A stretch of DNA of 64,000 nucleotides from Foetidibacter luteolus. Lineage in GTDB: Bacteria > Bacteroidota > Bacteroidia > Chitinophagales > Chitinophagaceae. The position numbers and the translations under genes were made by a program. Location: positions 118,016 to 182,015 of the forward strand of contig NZ_VVIP01000067.1 of assembly GCF_009650435.1 (NCBI RefSeq). Direction: 5' to 3'. This document shows positions 59,196-64,000 of the stretch, in pieces (position 1 is the first letter of the stretch; every line of letters begins with the position of its first letter). Under the pieces are notes generated by a model that did not search any database, was not told the DNA's origin, and saw only the letters and a list, made by a program, of their open reading frames with translations.

Positions 59196-60242
59196 TTATA
59201 AAGATTGAACCGGCAAAATTACTTTTGCTTCTACCAAGTTACCATTCAGATTTTTAATTTCGAAATTGGCTTTTGCGCCGTAGAGCAATTTAAGGCGGTT
59301 GTAGGTGCTTTGTATGCCGAAACCCTCGGGGTTAATTTCGCTGTTAAGGCGGCCGGTATTTTGAACAATCAGTTCGTGGTGGTTGCTCCTGAAATCGGAG
59401 ATAATCTTTACAATGCCGCCATCTACCTGCTTGCTGATGCCATGCTTAATGGCATTTTCCACCAGGGTTTGCAGCATCATGGGCGGTACCTGCTGGTCAA
59501 GCGTATCTTCATCAATATCATATTCTATGTGCAGGCGGTCTTCAAAACGTATATGTTCCAGGGCAAGGTAATCTTTTACAATGTTCAACTCACGTTCCAG
59601 TGGGGATGTTTCCAGCGTGTCGGCCTTCATGCTGCTGCGCAAAATATTGCTGAGTTCTGTAATGGCAGTGCGGGCACGTTCAGGGTTTTCATCTACCAGT
59701 GCCCGTATGCTGTTAAGGGCGTTGAAAATAAAATGCGGGTTAATGTGAGAGCGGATGGTTTTTAGTTCCAGTTCTTTTACCAGCCCTTCCAGCCTTACCT
59801 TATCCATCTGGCTTTCCCGGGTGGCATCTATGTAGTGCCAAACATAATAGATGGAGGCCCACACAATAACAATGGGCGAGTTATAAAATATTTCTGAGGT
59901 TAACCTTTGCGCAAAAGAGGCCTTCATTTTACTGTCGTACAGTTGCAGCCATTCTACCAGGGAGCTGGTGATGAAGCTGTAAAGGCCGCAGATGGTAATT
60001 ACCAGCAACAGCAACTCCGTCCATTGCTTTTTACTTAGCGGGGGCAATAATTTACGGTGGGTAATTATTTCACGAAGCAGGTGTGTAAAAAACAAGCCCA
60101 TAAAAAGCCAAAGTAATATCCGCCTTATAAAAAGGCCCGATATGGTATAATCGAACACCTTGGCAAGAAATATGAGGGCTGCGCCATAAAACGTCCACCC
60201 AAGTAGCTGGCACAGCCAATATGGGGATAATCTTGTTTTCAT
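59196..60242 (-). CDS. Sensor histidine kinase (LytS/YehU-like His_kinase family) with an N-terminal multi-TM sensor
   Basis: HINPHFIFNALNSI (His_kinase phospho-acceptor region) and a C-terminal HATPase_c. Forms a pair with the adjacent LytTR regulator. Confidence 0.8.
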   Translation of the reverse strand: MKTRLSPYWLCQLLGWTFYGAALIFLAKVFDYTISGLFIRRILLWLFMGLFFTHLLREIITHRKLLPPLSKKQWTELLLLVITICGLYSFITSSLVEWLQLYDSKMKASFAQRLTSEIFYNSPIVIVWASIYYVWHYIDATRESQMDKVRLEGLVKELELKTIRSHINPHFIFNALNSIRALVDENPERARTAITELSNILRSSMKADTLETSPLERELNIVKDYLALEHIRFEDRLHIEYDIDEDTLDQQVPPMMLQTLVENAIKHGISKQVDGGIVKIISDFRSNHHELIVQNTGRLNSEINPEGFGIQSTYNRLKLLYGAKANFEIKNLNGNLVEAKVILPVQSL

Positions 60243-60409
60243 TCAATTAGCAAAATTATTGTACAATGCTGACGGCTGCCGCCCATAAGTGATTAAAGGC
60301 AAATACAACAGCTTAATGGTTCAATTTTGTGTTAAATATATACAACACAGCGTAAGTATCATTTGCCTTTAAAAAATAAATGAAAGTTTGGTTACTTAAT
60401 GATGTTTTT

Positions 60410-60541
60410 GGGGGTGTCCCCAAGCTATCGCAAGGGGTCGGGCTTTCCGCTCATACTCCGCCACAAAGCCCTGCTGCAAAGTCTTCAGCGGGGTAACCGC
60501 TTCAATCCCTCACCCGAAGGTGTAACACGCTGCTGCTTTGC
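60410..60541 (+). repeat. F2 repeat copy 5
   Basis: GGGGGTGTCCCCAAGCTATCGCAAGGGGTCGGGCTTTCCGCTCATACTCCGCCACAAAGCC...ATCCCTCACCCGAAGGTGTAACACG. Confidence 0.75.
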
Positions 60542-60646
60542 GGGCAATGGCACACATTAAAACCGGCATTTAACCCTGCCGGTTAATAAAACATATTGCC
60601 GCTATCCTTGCCGGTTATAACTATCTTGAAGTACATTACCATAACA

Positions 60647-62377
60647 ATGAAATTTTACCTGGCAACTATATGTTTACTGGCACTCTGCCTGCACACCGCA
60701 GCGCAAGACAGTCTTAACAGCGACGAGAAAATATTGTTTAATGCCCGCATTTTTACGGCAAACGCACAAATGCCCTTTGCAGAAGCCGTTGCCATTAAAG
60801 GCAATAAAATAATGGCTGTGGGTAATTTGTACGAAGTAAGCAAGGCGGTAAGTAGCGCGGCCGTTAAAATTAACCTGGATGGTGGTTGTGTGCTGCCGGG
60901 GTTTATAGACAGCCATAACCATGCGGTAGATGGCGGCGAAAGCCTTTCCCGGCCCAATGTAAGCGACACTCTGTTAACGCCGGGGCAACTTGCCGAATAC
61001 GCAAAGCAGGTAATAAAAAGCGGTGAAGGCATGACGGGCAATTTCCTGGTTATCTATGGCATGAACATTTCCTCCTGGTCTGATATCGGCGGATTAAGCC
61101 GGGTATTTAACGCACCGGAATTTGAAAACCAGCCGGTGTTGCTGGTAGGGTCTGACTGGCATACGGAATGGGCCAACCTGCCGGTACTTAAAGCAGCCGG
61201 AATTAACAAGGAGTACATTGCGGGGCTTTCAGAAGACAAAAGAAAGTACTTTGGCTATAATAGTTCCTTTGAGCCTAATGGCTTTGTGGCAGACAGCGGT
61301 TTTGAAAAAATTGATGCCGTGCTGCCAACCGGTACCAGCGATTATAAAAAGGCGGGACTTAAAGCGATGGAATACAACAACGCACTGGGCATAACCGCCT
61401 GGTTAGACCCCGCCGCGGGTAACGTTAAAAACAAGGAATTTCACATACTGGATACCTATGCCTGGCTGGCAAAAGAACAAAAGCTGTCCGCGCATGTTGC
61501 CGCTGCCGTTGTGGCCGATGGCAACGGAGATGCGCCGGCACAGGTAAAGGTATTGCGCCGGCTGCAGGCAAAGTATAATACCAATGCCAACCTTAACGTA
61601 TGTGGGTTTAAGATATTTGCCGATGGCGTTATAGAGCACCCTACGCAAACAGCGGCTCTTTCTCAGCCGTATATTAACAGTGGCTCCAAGGGGGTGCTGA
61701 TGTTCAACCCGGCCAAATTTGCCCGGTTTGCAACTAATGCGGACAAAGAAAAACTGCTGGTGCATGTGCATGCCATTGGCGACCGTGCCGTTACGGAAAC
61801 CCTCAACGGTTTTGAAGCCGCCCGTAAGGCCAATGGCTTTAGCGGCATACCGCATACTATTACACATATACAGGTGGCAAAGCCTGCGGATTTTGCCCGC
61901 TTTGCGCAGTTAAAAGTGTTGGCATCTTTGCAACTGCTGTGGGCGTTGGGGGATGTTACTACCATTGATATTGTAAAGCCTTATATAGCGCCGGAACTTT
62001 ACCGCTACCAGTACCCCGCACGTTCTTTATTGCAGGCTGGAACAACCATTTGCGGCGCCAGCGATTGGCCTGTGAGCACCGCCAATCCATTTGAAGCCAT
62101 GTATGAAGCAGAAACCCGCAAGGGAAAAATGGGCGTACTGGATTCAACCCAATGCATGCCGCGGCTGGCCATGCTGTATGCCTATACCAGCAATGCGGCC
62201 AAAGCTTTAATGCTGGATAAAAAAACCGGCTCTATAGTGCCGGGTAAATACGCTGATATGATACTTGTGGACAGGGATGTGCTTACCATTAGCCCCGAAG
62301 CCTTCAGGGATACGAAAGTTAGCTGGACAATGTTTGAGGGAAAGATTGTTTACAAAAACAACGAAGCGGTAAAGTAA
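60647..62377 (+). CDS. Secreted amidohydrolase-family (Amidohydro_3) metal-dependent hydrolase
   Basis: Start moved to MKFYLATICLLALCLHTAAQ (signal peptide). Metal-binding GFIDSHNHAVDGG and later HVHAIGDRA motifs. Confidence 0.75.
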   Translation: MKFYLATICLLALCLHTAAQDSLNSDEKILFNARIFTANAQMPFAEAVAIKGNKIMAVGNLYEVSKAVSSAAVKINLDGGCVLPGFIDSHNHAVDGGESLSRPNVSDTLLTPGQLAEYAKQVIKSGEGMTGNFLVIYGMNISSWSDIGGLSRVFNAPEFENQPVLLVGSDWHTEWANLPVLKAAGINKEYIAGLSEDKRKYFGYNSSFEPNGFVADSGFEKIDAVLPTGTSDYKKAGLKAMEYNNALGITAWLDPAAGNVKNKEFHILDTYAWLAKEQKLSAHVAAAVVADGNGDAPAQVKVLRRLQAKYNTNANLNVCGFKIFADGVIEHPTQTAALSQPYINSGSKGVLMFNPAKFARFATNADKEKLLVHVHAIGDRAVTETLNGFEAARKANGFSGIPHTITHIQVAKPADFARFAQLKVLASLQLLWALGDVTTIDIVKPYIAPELYRYQYPARSLLQAGTTICGASDWPVSTANPFEAMYEAETRKGKMGVLDSTQCMPRLAMLYAYTSNAAKALMLDKKTGSIVPGKYADMILVDRDVLTISPEAFRDTKVSWTMFEGKIVYKNNEAVK

Positions 62378-62394
62378 CGTTTCTTTACCGCTTC
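62363..62394 (-). terminator. Hairpin terminator for the lactonase gene, overlapping the 3' end of the amidohydrolase CDS
   Basis: GAAGCGGTAAAG-TAACGTTT-CTTTACCGCTTC, a perfect 12 bp stem. On the minus strand it is followed by GTTGTTTTTGT. Confidence 0.55.
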
Positions 62395-62429
62395 ATCTTA
62401 TTGGCGTGTATATCACACCTGTAATAATC

Positions 62430-63557
62430 TTAATTCACTGGTACCATCTTAAGGCACACGGGCTGGTCAACACTAATGGTAACCCCGGTATCTTCCAGCA
62501 GGCCGTAATTTTTATTGATCACGAATATCTGTACCAGGTTGCTGTCCTTATTGGCCACCAGCAAAAAACGGCCGGTAGGGTCAACCATAAAATTGCGTGG
62601 GTGCAAACCCACCTTTTTATGTTCGGCTTCGGTAAGCTTGCCATCGCTGCCAACGCGGTAAACAGTAATATCGTTGGCGGCGCCACGGTTGCTGGCATAG
62701 GCGAATTTACCATTGGGCGTTACATGAATATCGGCACTGCCTTTATCATCTTTGCCACCGGTATTGTCAGAGGCAATGGTTTGTATTTCTGTAAGGGCGC
62801 CGTCATTGTACTGGTAAGCTATTATTTGCCCGCTCAGTTCATTCAGCAGGTAAGCAAACTTTTTATTGGGATGAAAAGTAAAATGCCTGGGACCAGAGCC
62901 ATCGGGAATTTCATAATAAGGCGGGTCAAGGTCTTTTAAGGGAGCAGCGGCATCAGAAGCATTAAAAGAATAGCGGTAAAGCCTGTCGTTACCCAAGTCA
63001 GCAGAGAACAGGTATTTTTCATCCGGTGAAAAAACTACACTGTGCACATGCGGCTGTTCCTGTCTTTTTACATTTACGCCATAACCATCGTGTGCAATGT
63101 TCTGTACCGCCGGCTGCAGCGAACCATCGGCATTGGTTTTAAAAACTGAGATATTACCACCGCTATAGTTGGCTACCACTACATTTTTGCCTGATGAATC
63201 TATGGATACATAACATGGTGCATCACCGTTGCTGGGTTGCTTGTTTAAAAAAACCAACTCCCCTTTCTTTTTATCAAGTGCGAATGCGCTGACAGCACCC
63301 TGGTCATTTCCGTTTTCGTTAACGGCATATACAAATTTCTGGTCTTTGGAAACAGCCAGGTAAGAGGGGTTTTCTACGCCCGATGTTTTACTAACCAGCG
63401 TAGCTTCTGTTCTGTTGGGGTTAAAGCGGTAAACATAAATACCGTCTTTTTGGTTTTTTGTATAAGTGCCCACCAGCAGGTAATAAATAGGGTTTTGCGC
63501 CTGTGCGCCATAGGCAGCCATCAAAAAAAATAACACCAGGTATTTCTTCATACTCAT
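62430..63557 (-). CDS. Lactonase-family 7-bladed beta-propeller protein (6-phosphogluconolactonase-like)
   Basis: Signal peptide; motifs typical of the 3-carboxymuconate cyclase/6PGL family (NPSYLA, HVHS, DLGND, RHF). Confidence 0.75.
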   Translation of the reverse strand: MSMKKYLVLFFLMAAYGAQAQNPIYYLLVGTYTKNQKDGIYVYRFNPNRTEATLVSKTSGVENPSYLAVSKDQKFVYAVNENGNDQGAVSAFALDKKKGELVFLNKQPSNGDAPCYVSIDSSGKNVVVANYSGGNISVFKTNADGSLQPAVQNIAHDGYGVNVKRQEQPHVHSVVFSPDEKYLFSADLGNDRLYRYSFNASDAAAPLKDLDPPYYEIPDGSGPRHFTFHPNKKFAYLLNELSGQIIAYQYNDGALTEIQTIASDNTGGKDDKGSADIHVTPNGKFAYASNRGAANDITVYRVGSDGKLTEAEHKKVGLHPRNFMVDPTGRFLLVANKDSNLVQIFVINKNYGLLEDTGVTISVDQPVCLKMVPVN

Positions 63558-63626
63558 TGTTTTTTATAGAGGTTTAAAGGTAATGGCAAATTACCCAATG
63601 AAAATGTAAAGATTTAATGAAAAACA

Positions 63627-63660
63627 CCCGCCCTGCAGGCGGGCGGGCTTATCCCTTTTT
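63627..63660. terminator. GC-rich hairpin with T-tracts on both sides (bidirectional terminator-like)
   Basis: CCCGCCC-TGCAGGC-GGGCGGG followed by CTTATCCCTTTTT; the reverse complement is likewise followed by TGTTTTTCATT. Confidence 0.5.
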
Positions 63661-63790
63661 CACCATAAAGAATTTTTATGGGCCCGGCTGCAGGAACAAT
63701 GATAAGGCTTTACTTGCGTCGCACTCGTGTACTGTTGGATTCGCTGCGCAGCTTTTCCCGCAGGGTAGTTTTCCTTGTGCTTTGCTGTTC
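63655..63790 (-). repeat. F1 repeat copy (reverse orientation)
   Basis: TTTATGGGCCCGGCTGCAGGAACAATGATAAGGCTTTACTTGCGTCGCACTCGTGTACTGTTGGATTCGCTGCGCAGCTTTTCCCGC. Confidence 0.7.
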
Positions 63791-63815
63791 AAAGTTCATT
63801 TGTTTAAAGTTTAAT

Positions 63816-64000
63816 GTTAACAGCAGATATTAAAAAGCTTCTGCACTTCATCATTCAAACAAATTATAAGCCTTTTAAACTTCAACAGACCGGTAACCAG
63901 GAACCTGTAACCGGCAACATCTACTGTTCAATGTTTGCAGCAGATATTAAAAAGCTTCTGCACTTCATCATTCAAACAAATTATAAGCCTTTTAAACTTC
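63816..64000. repeat. Tandem direct repeat with a ~118 bp period, at least 1.6 units, truncated by the window end
   Basis: CAGCAGATATTAAAAAGCTTCTGCACTTCATCATTCAAACAAATTATAAGCCTTTTAAACTTC is present at 63821-63883 and again at 63938-64000. Confidence 0.6.

Noticed and set aside
63816-64000. CRISPR array at the window end
   Set aside because: The repeat unit is about 63 bp with a period of about 118 bp and is AT-rich. Only about 1.6 copies are visible and there is no cas context, so this is not typical CRISPR geometry.

Overview
This 64 kb window is chromosomal DNA from a Bacteroidota genome. The gene content, the absence of Shine-Dalgarno-like leaders and about 45% GC point to a Sphingobacteriia/Chitinophagia-like organism. 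The dominant feature is a roughly 29 kb array of eleven co-oriented paralogous MacB/FtsX-type (DUF214) ABC-transporter permease genes at 5714-34643 on the minus strand, with no partner ATPase or membrane-fusion protein nearby. The gaps between array members, and many other gaps in the window, hold a dispersed repeat family of about 100-200 bp, called F1 here (core GTACAAGAGTGCGACGCAA ... CTGCCGGGCCCATAAA), with at least 17 copies in both orientations; the divergent opposite-orientation copies are called F3. A second repeat family of about 130 bp, called F2 here (GGGGTGCCCC...), has 5 copies. One F2 copy lies inside a roughly 480 bp insertion bounded by inverted repeats that splits a fused isobutyryl-CoA mutase (IcmF-like) gene into two intact ORFs. 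Downstream of the array is a plus-strand cluster: two coiled-coil hypothetical proteins, a NitT/TauT-type ABC importer whose membrane-anchored substrate-binding-like protein carries a C-terminal OmpA domain, and a flotillin/SPFH protein. Other genes are a MurNAc-recycling pair (an AmgK-like kinase fused to a RapZ-C-like domain, plus a MurU-like nucleotidyltransferase), an aquaglyceroporin, a GH130 lipoprotein, a SNF2 helicase, a YhcG/DUF1016 PD-(D/E)XK nuclease with three in-frame palindromic repeats, a TonB-dependent receptor, an M28 peptidase, a LytS/LytTR two-component pair, an amidohydrolase and a lactonase. The left edge carries the 3'-truncated end of a PD40 beta-propeller protein gene. 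No rRNA, tRNA or convincing CRISPR array was seen. All protein assignments rest on motif recognition by eye and need HMM or BLAST confirmation.
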